Origin: an uncultured delta proteobacterium
GTDB lineage: Bacteria; Desulfobacterota; Desulfomonilia; Desulfomonilales; Desulfomonilaceae
Length of the DNA: 64,000 nucleotides
Assembly: GCA_963789265.1 (NCBI GenBank)
Contig: CAWBKB010000001.1
Span: forward strand, 1,632,001 to 1,696,000
Direction: 5' to 3'
Part shown: in pieces, positions 41,984-53,624 of the stretch
Numbering within the stretch: the stretch's first letter is position 1
How the letters are laid out: each line of letters starts with the position of its first letter
The notes under the pieces: generated by a model
The model's database searches: none
What the model was told of the DNA's origin: nothing
Seen by the model: only the letters and a program-made list of their open reading frames with translations
Translations under genes and position numbers: made by a program

Positions 41984-42424
41984 ATACCAATGCGCCATCA
42001 AACAAGTGACAATCCCGGAGGATATGGTGGGGCGATCCGCGGGGTCACCCCGGACGCCGATCCCGGCTATGTCGGGGCGGACCCGCGTGTCCACCCGGGG
42101 CAGACACATGGGTCTGCCCCTACAATTGATGCCCGCGTACGCGGGCATGACGCCATGTAAGGGCGGGTTTGAAACCCAATGCTGTTGACTCAAGAGATCT
42201 CCGTCTAGCAGCACCGTCACCCCGGCGAAGGCCGGGGTCCAGAGAAGATTAGGAAAACCTGGATTCCGGCCTCCGCCGGAATGACGAGGCCAGGGCCTCG
42301 TGGAAAGCAAGACTCCTGGGCAAGAGACATCCAGCTTAAGTCAACAGCATTGGGTTTGAAACCCGCCCCTACCAAACTGTCCCACTAAAAACACGGTGTC
42401 TCTCGTTTGAAAGCGAATCGGTAT
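41984..42424. mobile_element. Composite miniature element, inverted homolog of 3165-3601
   Basis: Ends ATACCAATGCGCCATCAAACAAGTGACA / TGTCTCTCGTTTGAAAGCGAATCGGTAT. Confidence 0.7.
42177..42352. mobile_element. Second IS4-type MITE (176 bp) inserted in a palindromic repeat
   Basis: TIR CAATGCTGTTGACT(C/T)AAG 17/18; exact 11-bp TSD GGTTTGAAACC at 42166-76 and 42353-63. Confidence 0.85.
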
Positions 42425-42671
42425 TAGAAGTCCAGTCGAAGATATTGTTATTTCTCGTTCATAGTCCCGCGTCTCGCGGGGACTGCCTGGGAATACCTGC
42501 CCCAGAGGCTCTGCCTCGACTGTCATAGTGAAATAATGGCTGTTTGAGGGCAGAGCCCACGAGACGCGGGATTGGGAACCAGAACTATTTTACTTGATAA
42601 AGCAACTAGTCAATGAGGAGAGACTTGACTTTTCAAAGAACTAGGATAATCATAGACAACAGAGAGCGATC

Positions 42672-43073
42672 ATGAAACGGGCATCCGCAATAATACTCAG
42701 TTTACTGCTCTTTTGGGCCGGTGTTGCCTACGGGTTCCCCGGTGCGTGTTGCTGCGCAACAGCGTGTGGGCGCTTGATGAAGTTCGCGGACGACGGTTGT
42801 GGACCCGAGCAAGACCATTCGTGCAATCACAACGGATTTGGTTGCCACTGTAAGGGCGGCTGTCTTTCTCTGCAATGCGCCGGAGAACTCGATGCAATGG
42901 CTCTGCCGCAAGCCTATTCCGTACGCGCTGAGCATCAAGTTTTTGCGTTGCCCGCGCCAATTGTGATTGTCGAGGCGGGCCTGCGTTCCGCCCGGTCGAT
43001 ATCGCGCCAATTTCATTCCTTCCACTGGAACACCACAAATCTTCTCCTACAAACTTGTTCCTTCCTTTCCTGA
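42672..43073 (+). CDS. Cys-rich small protein (leader-like #2)
   Basis: Signal-like N-term, CCC..C, CHC..C..C, C-term LLQTCSFLS. Confidence 0.65.
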   Translation: MKRASAIILSLLLFWAGVAYGFPGACCCATACGRLMKFADDGCGPEQDHSCNHNGFGCHCKGGCLSLQCAGELDAMALPQAYSVRAEHQVFALPAPIVIVEAGLRSARSISRQFHSFHWNTTNLLLQTCSFLS

Positions 43074-43269
43074 CTAAAAGGACATCTGCTTGCACTTCGG
43101 GGGAAACCGATGCTTGTCGAATTTGCGCTGTTTCTCCTCGACAGCGCAAGTCGGCCTCTGTGCGGCTGCAATGGCGGTGATTACTGAAGCAGCCGGAGGT
43201 TTATAGAATAGAAGATCTGAAGCCTTCTGTTCGTAATGGACTCTGTGGGGTCCGGAGAGAGAGGTAAAC

Positions 43270-45054
43270 ATGCCCGCCGCAAATCGTGCCATGCGGTTGC
43301 AAAAGTCCATTATTTTGTGCTCGGCCTGCGGCATTCTGATGGTGGGGGTTATAGTTGCTGCTGCCAGCATACTGCCTCTTTATGACCATCTGAAAAAGGT
43401 GGAGGAGAGCCATCTCAGGTGGGCACTGAATACCAAAATCCAAAGCCTCGAAACGTACCTGGCAAGATCCGTCAATGCAGCCTCGAGAATTGCCTGGATT
43501 GCTAAGGCTGCGGAAAGCCTTGAAGATTACGACAATAGCCTCATCGGTCACGACAAGGTGACGGCGACAACGGGGAAGGCGCTGTCCAATGCGATGCGCT
43601 ATTCCAATGGCGTAGCTGGCGTCACTCGCTTTGATAGGAAGGGTCAACTACTGGTGCAGGTTGGTCAGGAATTGCCCGAATTAGCGAGTCTCGCGAAATT
43701 GCCGGCACGAGGAGACTCCCGTTCCGCTGGCCCTTTAGTCGTGGCCACTTCGACCTTGTGGGGCTTGATGATTGCGATACACGGCAGAGAAGGGGCCCGA
43801 ATCGGGACAGACTTTGTAACCTTCAGGACATCTGATCTGGAACAAGCTCTGGGATACAACACCGACGATCTTCGGGGAATGAGTAAGACGGTTTTGGCAG
43901 CCACCGACCGCAACCGGATAACACCAATCTTTCCCCCCCACGACCCGGAAAACATACGGACTACTTCTTCCGCCCTCGGGTTGGCTTTGAAGCGCGCAGC
44001 CTTGAAACAGACAGGTCTCTTGTTTCCGGGCAAAGATCATACCGGAAATGAGGTCGTCGCGTATGGACCTGTGCCCGGGACCCCTTGGGTCGTCGCGGTC
44101 ACGACGGACAAAAAGGCGCTGTATGCCCCGGTGTATCCTCATATTATCTCGACGTCGGCGGTCATTGGAATGCTCATACTAGTGGGCACGTTCGGCATGA
44201 TCTTGCTGGTTCGTCCGCTAACCGGAAAAATGGTTATCCACGCGGATGAACTGGAGCAGCAAGTTCGGGAAAAGCTGAAAATCATTGACAATCTCTACGA
44301 ACATATCGTCCAGTCTGAAAAATCCAAAGCCATTGCCGAACACACAGCCGAGGTGGCTCATGAGTTGAGACAGCCGCTGGCTATTATTGGTGGCTTTGCC
44401 AACAGAATGGCTCAGCACTTCGAATCTCAGGGCACTTGGGGGCCGGAGCAAAAGGAATCCTGCGGGATCATAATTTCGGAGATTCGGAGGCTGGAAAAAA
44501 TCCTGGGTGGTCTTATCGACTTCACGAAAAGGCGAAGCCTTAGCGCGGAGAAGGTCCAGCCCAATGACGTGATCCAAAATGTTATAGTAGCGTATGCCGG
44601 TAAGTTGACGGAGAGAGGCATAAAGCTAGAAACTGATCTTGGCAGCGAGGTCGGCGAGGTCGTCTTGGATCCGAACCGTTTTGAGCAGGTCATCCGGAAC
44701 CTTCTGTCCAATGCTATGGACGCATCTCCTGCGGGCGAGTCGATATCCATTCAAACTAGAATATTAGTTCCCGGAGATAAAGCAAGAGAGATCGGGGAGC
44801 TTGAGTCAAAAAGCTATTTCGAAATGAGAGTTCATAATTACGGTCCTGTAATCTCCCCGGAACATTTGCAGAAAATTTTCAGCCCCTTCTTTACTACGAA
44901 GGATGGTGGAAACGGCTTGGGTTTAACCGTGACCAAGAAAGTTGTGGAGGACCACAATGGTTCCATTTCTGTCAAATCCGATGAGGAGGGGACGGCGTTC
45001 ACCGTGTGGCTTCCTATTGGTCAAGATCCTTTAGACCGGGGCATCGGAAAATGA
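43270..45054 (+). CDS. Membrane sensor histidine kinase (no adjacent response regulator)
   Basis: Two TMs, AHELRQPL H-box, [19 protein letters not shown]. Confidence 0.9.
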   Translation: MPAANRAMRLQKSIILCSACGILMVGVIVAAASILPLYDHLKKVEESHLRWALNTKIQSLETYLARSVNAASRIAWIAKAAESLEDYDNSLIGHDKVTATTGKALSNAMRYSNGVAGVTRFDRKGQLLVQVGQELPELASLAKLPARGDSRSAGPLVVATSTLWGLMIAIHGREGARIGTDFVTFRTSDLEQALGYNTDDLRGMSKTVLAATDRNRITPIFPPHDPENIRTTSSALGLALKRAALKQTGLLFPGKDHTGNEVVAYGPVPGTPWVVAVTTDKKALYAPVYPHIISTSAVIGMLILVGTFGMILLVRPLTGKMVIHADELEQQVREKLKIIDNLYEHIVQSEKSKAIAEHTAEVAHELRQPLAIIGGFANRMAQHFESQGTWGPEQKESCGIIISEIRRLEKILGGLIDFTKRRSLSAEKVQPNDVIQNVIVAYAGKLTERGIKLETDLGSEVGEVVLDPNRFEQVIRNLLSNAMDASPAGESISIQTRILVPGDKAREIGELESKSYFEMRVHNYGPVISPEHLQKIFSPFFTTKDGGNGLGLTVTKKVVEDHNGSISVKSDEEGTAFTVWLPIGQDPLDRGIGK

Positions 45055-45225
45055 AGGTCGGAGATGTCGGAGCGGGTTTTGTGGGATCGACGTCAGCGGA
45101 CGCGTTGGTTATGACGGGTGTGGGAAGCGAAATTGTGCTCGCGGATAAGAATCGTAGCCGGGCTGAAGCCGAAGACATTTTTCATGCCGTGCCTTTTGCC
45201 CACAGCGTTCGGATCACTGCGGCCT
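45051..45225 (+). pseudogene. ldh: N-terminal remnant of L-lactate dehydrogenase
   Basis: [43 protein letters not shown]; similarity ends after ~57 codons. Confidence 0.75.
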
Positions 45226-45277
45226 GCTGCGACCTGTATAAAAAACAGTCGCTACGCTCAAGAAATGGGAGAGAGCA

Positions 45278-46838
45278 ATGAATGACACGGTTTCTATACC
45301 CAAGAAGACGTTGAAAAGAATTCTCTTGGGATCCCTGATCCTCGCCGTACTGGCGGTGGGCCTCCTGCTGATCAGAGGTTCAAAAACGGAACAACCGTCT
45401 GCTGAATCCCAGAACTCTAAACCTGCTCCAATGGCATCCATGGGAAAGGAGAAAAGTCCGGCAAGTCCGGCAATGAAGGGCCACACGCAAGGCGCGCCCG
45501 CTGCAACGTCGCAAGCGCCCGGTAAAGGCCCTGTCCGATACACTATGTCGCCGGAAGCTAAGATGCTCGCGGAAGTGCAGACGGCAAAGGTGAAACGAGA
45601 GCGGGCGGTAAAGCACTTGCGAATGGTTGGGATGGTTTTCGATGCCGAGACCAGGATCGCGACCCTGACAGCGAGAATTCCCGGGCGTCTCGACGCGGTC
45701 TACATAGATTATACCGGGGTGAAGGTCAATGTGGGAGATCCGATGGTGATGATCTGGAGCCCGACTCTGATCACGAGTGAAGTCGAATTGTTTACGAGCA
45801 TTAAAAAGCCCGATATCAACCTCGATACCAAAGGGATCATCCGCGGGGCAGAAGAAAAGCTCAAACAGTACGGGATGACCAAAGAGCAGATCAAAAAAAT
45901 CCGGGAAACCGGAAAGCCGGACGAGGTACATAACTCTCAAGGCCCCCATCAGTGGAATTGTCATGCAGAAGAACGCTATTGTCGGCCAGTTCGTGAAGGA
46001 AGGCACAGAGATGTTCGTAATCAACGACTTGTCCCATGTATGGGTCAAGCTCGATGCCTACGAACCTGACCTGCCCTGGATCAGGTACGGTCAGGAAGTC
46101 ACTTTCACGACGCCGTCTTTTCCCGGGAAGACCTACAAGGGTAAGGTCATCTTCATCGATCCTGTCCTGGACATGCCGACTCGGACCGTGAAGGTAAGAG
46201 TCGATGTGGCAAACCCGAATTACGAATTGAAACCCCACATGTTCGTCAACGGGGACCTGGAAGCCGAAGTAGACGATCACGGCCGTGTCGTGAAGCCGGA
46301 GTGGGTCGGAAAGTACATCTGTCCCTTTGATCCTCGAGAAGTAAGCTCGACTCCCGGGACATGTTCAAAGACCAAGCAGCCTTTGCAGCCCGCGACTGCG
46401 TATGGGTATTCCGGCGTGACAAATCCAGTCCCGCCTCTGGTCATACCCGAGACAGCCGTGCTGTTCACAGGCAAGCGATCCATTGTTTACGTTGAAGTCC
46501 CCAATCAGCCTGATCCCACTTACGAGCAACGGGATGTGACCCTGGGGCCCGAGGTTGGGAACTATTACGTGGTCCGCGACGGCCTGAAAGAAGGCGAGCA
46601 GGTAGTTGTCAAAGGCAATTTCCAGATCGACAGTTCGATCCAGATTCTCGGCGAGCCTAGTATGATGAATCCGGTTGAGTCTCAGGCGCCGCCAACAGTG
46701 GAAATGCCAAGCTCTCACACGACCCCCGAGAAGGATTCCCATCAAGGCACGAAAGAGCAAGGGACGGGTTCAATGTCGAACATGCCTATGAACACGGCTC
46801 CGAGTCCTCATCCCTCTCATGGGAAGGAGGGACGATGA
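45278..46838 (+). CDS. cusB: CusB-type RND periplasmic adaptor, +1 frameshift near 45926
   Basis: G.LD.VY.DYTG, repaired [33 protein letters not shown]; Met/His-rich tails. Confidence 0.8.
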
Positions 46839-49800
46839 TGTCAACTCATAATAGTGAAACAGAAGTTGCAACGCCCACACTTTTCTCGAAAATGATGCGC
46901 TTCTGGATGACCCAGAAGCTGCTGGTGTTCATAGGTTTGATCGGCCTTATCGCAGTGGGTTTGGTAGTCGCTCCTTTTGATTGGAATGTACCGCTTCTGC
47001 CGCGAGACCCAGTGCCCGTGGATGCAATTCCCGACATTGGCGAAAATCAGCAGATCGTATTTACCAACTGGATAGGGCGATCTCCTAAGGATGTGGAGGA
47101 CCAGATTACGTATCCTCTGACCATAGCACTCCTGGGAATCCCTGGAGTGAAGGCCATCAGAAGTTATTCATACTTTTCATTCTCCAGCATATACGTCGTT
47201 TTTGAAGACAAGATCGATTTCTATTGGTCCCGAACCCGTATCCTGGAAAGGCTCAGTTCTCTCCAGCCCGGGACACTGCCGGCAGGAGTTCAACCTGTGC
47301 TTGGTCCGGACGCTACGGCGGTGGGGCAGGTCTTCTGGTACACAGTTGAAGGCAAAGGCTTTAGCCTGGACGAACTTAGAACTATTCAGGATTGGTACGT
47401 CCGATACTACTTGGAGTCGGCCAAAGGCGTAAGCGAAGTTGCCTCCGTGGGAGGATACGTCAAGGAATACCAGGTAGACGTGAACCCCAATGCAATGAGA
47501 GCGGCCGGGGTAGTGCTGCAAGATGTTTACACGGCAGTACAACGGTCCAATCTCGATGTCGGGGCCCGTACGATCGAATTGAACAACGTGGACTACATAA
47601 TACGAGGTTTAGGATGGATCGGCTCTACGAAGGACCTTGAAAATGCCGTCGTAAAAATGACTCGGAATATCCCAATCCGGGTGAAGGATGTGGCCAAAGT
47701 ATCGCTCGGGCCTGCATTCAGGGAAGGGGCGCTCAATAAGGGGGGAGCTGAAGCCGCTGGCGGCGTGGTAGTCGTTCGTTTCGCGGAAAATCCGTTGCAG
47801 GTGATCAAGAATGTCAAAGCCAAGATCAAAGAGATTGCTCCTTTCCTCCCCAAAAAGACCCTGCCGGACGGCACGGTTTCTCAGGTCAAGATTGTGCCGT
47901 TCTATGACCGCACGCAACTTATCCATGAAACCCTTGGGACATTAAAAAACGCTCTGTCTGATGAAACCCTGGTTGCGATCATCGTCGTGATCGTGATGGT
48001 CAACAATCTGATCAGTTCGGCCCTCATTTCACTTGTTCTGCCCTTGGCCGTGCTCATGACCTTCATAATAATGAAGGCATTCGGCGTGGACGCCAACCTT
48101 ATGGCGCTTTCCGGAATTGCTATTGCCATCGGAGTCATGGTGGACATGGGAATTATTCTCTGTGAGAATATCTTGCGTCATATAGAACATGATCCACCGG
48201 GAAAGAGTAGTTTCCAGATTATTCATGAGGCAGCGACCGAGGTGGGAGGCGCTGTGATCACCTCCGCCTCCACGACGATCATAGCCTTTCTGCCGGTATT
48301 CACGTTGACCGGTCCTGAAGGAAAACTGTTCAAACCCGTGGCGTTCACCAAGACGTTCGCCATAGCAGCTTCGCTCGGTACTGGCCCTTTCCGTTATACC
48401 TCCCCTGGCCCACATCTTGTTCACCAAGAGGAACCTGAGAGCGAAAACGCTGACCATCGCGTACGGAGTGGTGACAATCGCGGGTTTGGTAATAGGGTAC
48501 TGGGTATCGTGGCCCATTGGCTTCGCGGTGATGCTCATGGGAGTCGTGAAGCTGGTTTCGCTCTTTTTACCGCCGGCGATACGAAGCAGGGTCTCGATGG
48601 CCATGAACCTGATCGCCTTAGTTTTGGTCGTGTTCCTGCTCACGGAACACTGGATGCCTCTCGGCTTGGAAAAAGGACTGTTCAGGAACATGGTTTTCGC
48701 CGCGGGAATCATTTTCCTGCTTTTGGGGTTCAACAAGCTCGTCACCATCTACTACCCTCGTGCCTTGGCCTGGGCTTTGGGACATAAGGCGACTTTCTTG
48801 GCCATCCCGATTTCTCTCGTGATTCTGGGAGTTACGATGTGGCTCGGATTTGATCGCGTTTTCTCATTTATCCCCGGGGCCGCTGAGTGGACAGGGCTGG
48901 TGCGCCCCGTGTCAATGGAGCAAATGAAAGAAACGCCTAAAACCAAGGCTCCTCAAACCAGTATGCCCGGCATGAGCATGCCCGGCATGAGTATGGGCAA
49001 GCCTGGCGAGGCAGAAATCCCAAAAGGCCCGATACGCTCCACCTGGGTTTGGCGGAAACTCGCGCAGGTTTTTCCCGGCTTCGGCCAGGAGTTTATGCCT
49101 CCTATGGAGGAGGGCACATTCCTTTATATGCCTACGCTCATGCCCCATGCATCGATCGGGACTGCGCTTGATGTCATTCGCCAGCAAAACCTTGCAATCC
49201 AGGCGATTCCTGAAGTGCAGTCCGCGGTAGGAAAGATCGGCCGCGTTGAAAGCGCACTCGATCCGGCACCCCTTTCAATGATTGAGACTATCATCAACGT
49301 GAAACCGGAATACAAGACCGATCCCAAAACGGGCGAGCACGTGCTCGACCCGAAGACGGGCCTTCCCATCCGGTATTGGCGGCCGCAGATCAAATCTATG
49401 AACGATGTCTGGAATGAGATTGTCAAAGCAGCCGACGTTCCGGGCACAACAGTGGCCCCCAGGTTGGAGCCCATAGCAGGCAGAGTAGAGATGCTCTCAA
49501 CCGGCATGAGATCGGCCATGGGAGTAAAAATCAGGGGGAACAGCCTGGAGGATGTCAACAAGGTCGGCCTTGAAATCGAAAAGTATCTCAGGGAAGTGCC
49601 GAGCATTGAGCCGACCTCAGTCATCGCGGACCGCTTGATCGGAACGCCATACCTGGAAATCAATATCGATAGGCAAGCTATAGCCAGGTATGGGGTCAAT
49701 ATTCAGGATGTTGATGATGTTATCGAAATAGCGATCGGAGGCAAGCAAATCACGACTACGGTGGAAGGCCGGGAGCGCTACCCGGTGAGAGTTCGCTACG

Positions 49801-50702
49801 AGAGAGAACTACGCGACTCGGTTGAAGCACTGAAGAACATATTGGTACCCGCGTCCAACGGTGCGCACATTCCAATGCGTCTGGTGGCAGACATAAAATA
49901 TGTTCGCGGTCCAATGGTCATCAAGAGTGAGAACACTTTTCTGGTCGGCTACGTGCTCTTCGACAAGAAACCCGGTTTTGCCGAAGTAAGCGTGGTTCAG
50001 AACGCGGATAAGTTTTTGAAACACAAGATCAGCATGGGAGAGCTGAAACTGCCCCCGAATGTCTCGTACTGGTTCGCCGGCTCATACGAAGATGCGGTTC
50101 GGTCGCAAAAGACCATGATGATCGTGATTCCGGCGACCCTGTTGGTGGTGTTTCTGATCCTGTACTTTCAGTTCCAGTCGGTGCCGACTTCTCTGAACGT
50201 CTTTTCCGGAATTTTCGTGGCATGGTTTGGAGGCTTTTTGCTGATATGGTTGTATTCCCAACCGTGGTTCCTTGATTTCAGCATTTTCGGCGTCAATATG
50301 AGGCATCTGTTTCAAGTAAGGACGTACAATCTCAGCGTGGCTGTGTGGGTAGGATTCCTCGCCTTATTCGGTATCGCCACGAATGATGGGGTGATCTATT
50401 CTACGTACTTGGATCAGGTATTCGAGAAACACGCGTTCCATTCCGCATCCGAAATCAGACAAGCAACCGTCGAAGCCGGCATGAAGAGGATCAGGCCCGC
50501 TCTTATGACCGCCTCTACCGCCATCCTTGCCCTTATCCCAGTGCTTACGTCGACGGGACGCGGCTCGGACGTCATGGTGCCTATGGCTCTGCCGATTTTT
50601 GGAGGTATGCTCGTGGCCACGATTACTATCTTCGTGGTTCCTACTATCTATTGCCTGGAGAAAGAAATCTTGTTCAAGCGGCGAAAGGAATCGGCAAGCT
50701 GA
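46835..50702 (+). CDS. cusA: CusA-type heavy-metal RND permease, +1 frameshift near 48379
   Basis: DAIPDIGENQQIVFT, LGPDAT.VG, NLMALSGIAIAIG, EGKLF.P, RIRP.LMT. Confidence 0.88.
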
Positions 50703-50793
50703 GATAATGTTAGAGGAAACGTAAAATAATTGGAAATTCGGTTTGTGTCATACAGTTTTCAGTTTCCATTCGAAGGAACTTTGGAGGCAAGAG

Positions 50794-51648
50794 ATGAAAA
50801 CAGGTTGTCGATCCGTGTTGTTCGTGGCGGGAATCCTTCTGATGCTCGTCTCGGTCACATCGCAAGTAGGTGCAGACGAGAACGCCGTCAGAGTCTATGG
50901 AGCAACCACGTTTGCCGAGCCGATGCGAATCCTTGGAAAGGGATTCATGAAAGAACACCCTGCTGTTCGGGTGGGAGTCCTCGGCAAGACTTCCGAATTT
51001 GGATTCTTATCATTATTGAACAAAGAAACGGATCTCGTCATGGCCGCACGTAAGCCCACGGTAGTGGAGAGACGTTTAGCCGAACAAAAAGGTATCCAGT
51101 GGGCGGGAGCACGCGTGGCTTGGGAGAGGGTGGCTGTGATTTCCCACCCCGGCCTTGGAGTGACCGAACTAACCGTGGATCAACTTCGGAAGATTTATAC
51201 GGGCGAGTACAAAAACTGGAGGGACTTGGGCGGAATAGACCAGCCTATCATGTTGCACAGCCTGCCTTATCCGCAAGATGATATCGCGGTTCGGTTTGCG
51301 CACAATGTTCTCAGCAAAGCTGAGTTCACTTCAGGCATAATCTGGGTCGAGACGCCGGATTTCCTTGTTCAGCATGTGAGCGTCCACAATGGGGCAATAG
51401 CGTATTTGGGCAACCTCCAGTTCACGGGCATCGTCAAGCGTCACCCCCTGCGGAAGGTCCAGGTCATCAGCATGCGTGCAAATAGCGAGTCGCCGGCGAT
51501 CAGTCCTTCTGCCGAGATTTCTATAAAGGGACAATATCCGCTGACCGTTCCGCTCTTCCTTTTCTGGAAGAAAAAGGAGCCGAATAAATGGACCGAGCAA
51601 TTTGTACGCTATTGCATCGAAAAGTTTCAGGAGGCGGTCAGAAAATGA
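50794..51648 (+). CDS. PstS-like substrate-binding protein
   Basis: Signal peptide, GATT, LRKIYTG..KNW..LGG, YPL..PLF. Confidence 0.75.
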   Translation: MKTGCRSVLFVAGILLMLVSVTSQVGADENAVRVYGATTFAEPMRILGKGFMKEHPAVRVGVLGKTSEFGFLSLLNKETDLVMAARKPTVVERRLAEQKGIQWAGARVAWERVAVISHPGLGVTELTVDQLRKIYTGEYKNWRDLGGIDQPIMLHSLPYPQDDIAVRFAHNVLSKAEFTSGIIWVETPDFLVQHVSVHNGAIAYLGNLQFTGIVKRHPLRKVQVISMRANSESPAISPSAEISIKGQYPLTVPLFLFWKKKEPNKWTEQFVRYCIEKFQEAVRK

Positions 51649-51927
51649 GGTACCGAATCGGCAAGGCGACCGGCGCGGAGGCCGGTGCTACCAAATAGGG
51701 TTCCGGCCACAGGCATCAGGCACATCAGAATGCGTGATCGAATTTATGAAATAGGGCCTAAGCACTCGTTTAACAAGTTCGGCGACATATTCCGGGTTGT
51801 AGTGGGACAGGCATCTTGCCTGTCTATTTCATGATCGACGGGCAAGATGCCCGTCGCCACCAGGTCATTTGCCAAATCGGTCATCATATTTGAGAACCGC
51901 CATAGCTGTCAAAAAGGAGAAAAACAA

Positions 51928-52695
51928 ATGCAGGCAAAGCACAGAAGTGCTTTAGCGAAAACACTAGGTATATTGGTTGCGGCCGCGGTCGCGATGCTTG
52001 TTCCGTTGGCTTCTGGCGCCGTGGATCTCTTGCAGTTGCCGGACGGGTCGAAGATAGACCTTGCCCAGAAGTGTCCGGTTTGTGGCATGGTAATCGGTGG
52101 AACGGCCAGGCAGGCCGTCACCGTCACCTTCAAGGACGGACATGTAACGGGTTTTCATGGTGTGGCGGCAGCAGTCTTCAAGGATGGCCAAGTGGTGGGA
52201 TTTGAAGGGGCTCGCTGTCTCTTCATTTACAATTCCGTTCCCCAGAAGTACCACGTCAATGTTGCGGATATCGCTCACCAGTATGTCACGGATTACACGA
52301 GCAAAAAGATGATTGATCTGGCCAAGGCTTTTCTTGTTCTCGGCAGCAATGTAAAGGGTCCAATGGGTTACGATCTTGTGCCCTTCAGTAGCAAAGAGGA
52401 AGCAGCAAAATTCGCATCCGAGAATGATGGCAAGTGGATTGTGCAGCTCCACGAAGTATGCAAGGCAGCGCAAGAAGGAACCGATAGGTCCGGACCAACT
52501 CCAGCCTCCGTGACTCCGAGTGTGACTGAAAAGAGCTCACCGGTTCCCGCGGCAATCGCCGGGTCAGATCAAGCCGGAACATCGCGTTCCCGAGAAGCCT
52601 GTAACGCCCCCGGTGCGCCCACAACCACAAGGCCGAAAATCCATTCCGCCGGCCTCCAGGAAAGGCGGCTGTTAAGCCGAGTTGACAATAAGTAA
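51928..52695 (+). CDS. NosL-family protein (C-terminus possibly frameshifted)
   Basis: CPVCGM, F.G.RCL, V.DY, GPMG..LVPF..EAAKF. Confidence 0.8.
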   Translation: MQAKHRSALAKTLGILVAAAVAMLVPLASGAVDLLQLPDGSKIDLAQKCPVCGMVIGGTARQAVTVTFKDGHVTGFHGVAAAVFKDGQVVGFEGARCLFIYNSVPQKYHVNVADIAHQYVTDYTSKKMIDLAKAFLVLGSNVKGPMGYDLVPFSSKEEAAKFASENDGKWIVQLHEVCKAAQEGTDRSGPTPASVTPSVTEKSSPVPAAIAGSDQAGTSRSREACNAPGAPTTTRPKIHSAGLQERRLLSRVDNK

Positions 52696-52705
52696 ACGGC
52701 AATAG

Positions 52706-52892
52706 TTCGCCGTGGAGAACACAGAGACCGCGGAGAATTCGGTTTCGCGTGTACGTCTATCCGCTTAAACACTGCAAGTTCTGGCGTGCAACAGCGAGGG
52801 CAATTCCGGCATGACTGTCCGCGTGGGTGACTCACCTGGCGTTGAATAAGCTACCTTTTTTCTCTGCGTTCTCTGCGCACTCCGCGGTGAAT
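52706..52892. repeat. Inverted repeat pair
   Basis: TTCGCCGTGGAGAACACAGAGACCGCGGAGAA ... TTCTCTGCGTTCTCTGCGCACTCCGCGGTGAA. Confidence 0.55.
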
Positions 52893-53058
52893 CCTGAATA
52901 CCGGGTGAACGGTTAGGGAAAACGGCTTATTATTACATTGCCCTTGCCTGCTCCCAAACGATCGGCTTTGTCAAGGAATTGCATTACCGCTGATTGACAT
53001 AGCGATTGTGCGTGCTTACATAAATTATGTAGAGGCTTTGGAAAGGAGAAGCCGGGCA

Positions 53059-53459
53059 ATGATGCGGCTAATGCTCCCCAGGATACGTCAACTACTGGTA
53101 CTAGGTCTTGGGCTTCCCGTGGCTCGATGGCTCTTGCAATTCCATTGCATTGCTACTGTGACATCGGTCACGAGAATTACGGGTGTTCGCTTGGGGGTTA
53201 TCATTCCTCACGTGGGCTCATCTTGGAGGCCGCTTGTGCCGGCTGTGATTGTGAAGCATGTCCGCAGCGGCCCGTTTGGCTGAATAACTCCAATGTCAAA
53301 CAGGACTTCTCTGAGGCGACGTCGTCTCAGACTTCTGCTCTGTCGCTGCCGGGATCTTCGTTCGCTGCTTCTTCAAGCCTACCTGTTTTGTCATCTTACC
53401 CGTTTCTGAAATTCAGCTCCACTGTTGATTCTCTCCTTACAATCGTACTACTGATCTGA
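53059..53459 (+). CDS. Cys-rich small protein (leader-like #3), frameshift near 53108
   Basis: TTGACA at 52994, RBS AAGGAG; hydrophobic N-term in one frame, CYC..CAGCDCEAC..LLTIVLLI in another. Confidence 0.55.
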
Positions 53460-53624
53460 AAACCATCTTCATCCAGAGCCCGTTGTAGCGGATATTCACA
53501 GAGCCCCGCGTATGCGTGATTAGACGTGATGAGATCCCGTGAAACCTCGTAAGAACCTTGGCATGGGATCCTCGATGCGCATGTCGACGGAGCGAGAATG
53601 GTTCGAGAAAAGAGGAGAAAGACA

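Noticed and set aside
41933..42526. Several short ORFs (also 3401-3669 and 54450-54779)
   Set aside because: Translations of palindromic repeats and MITEs
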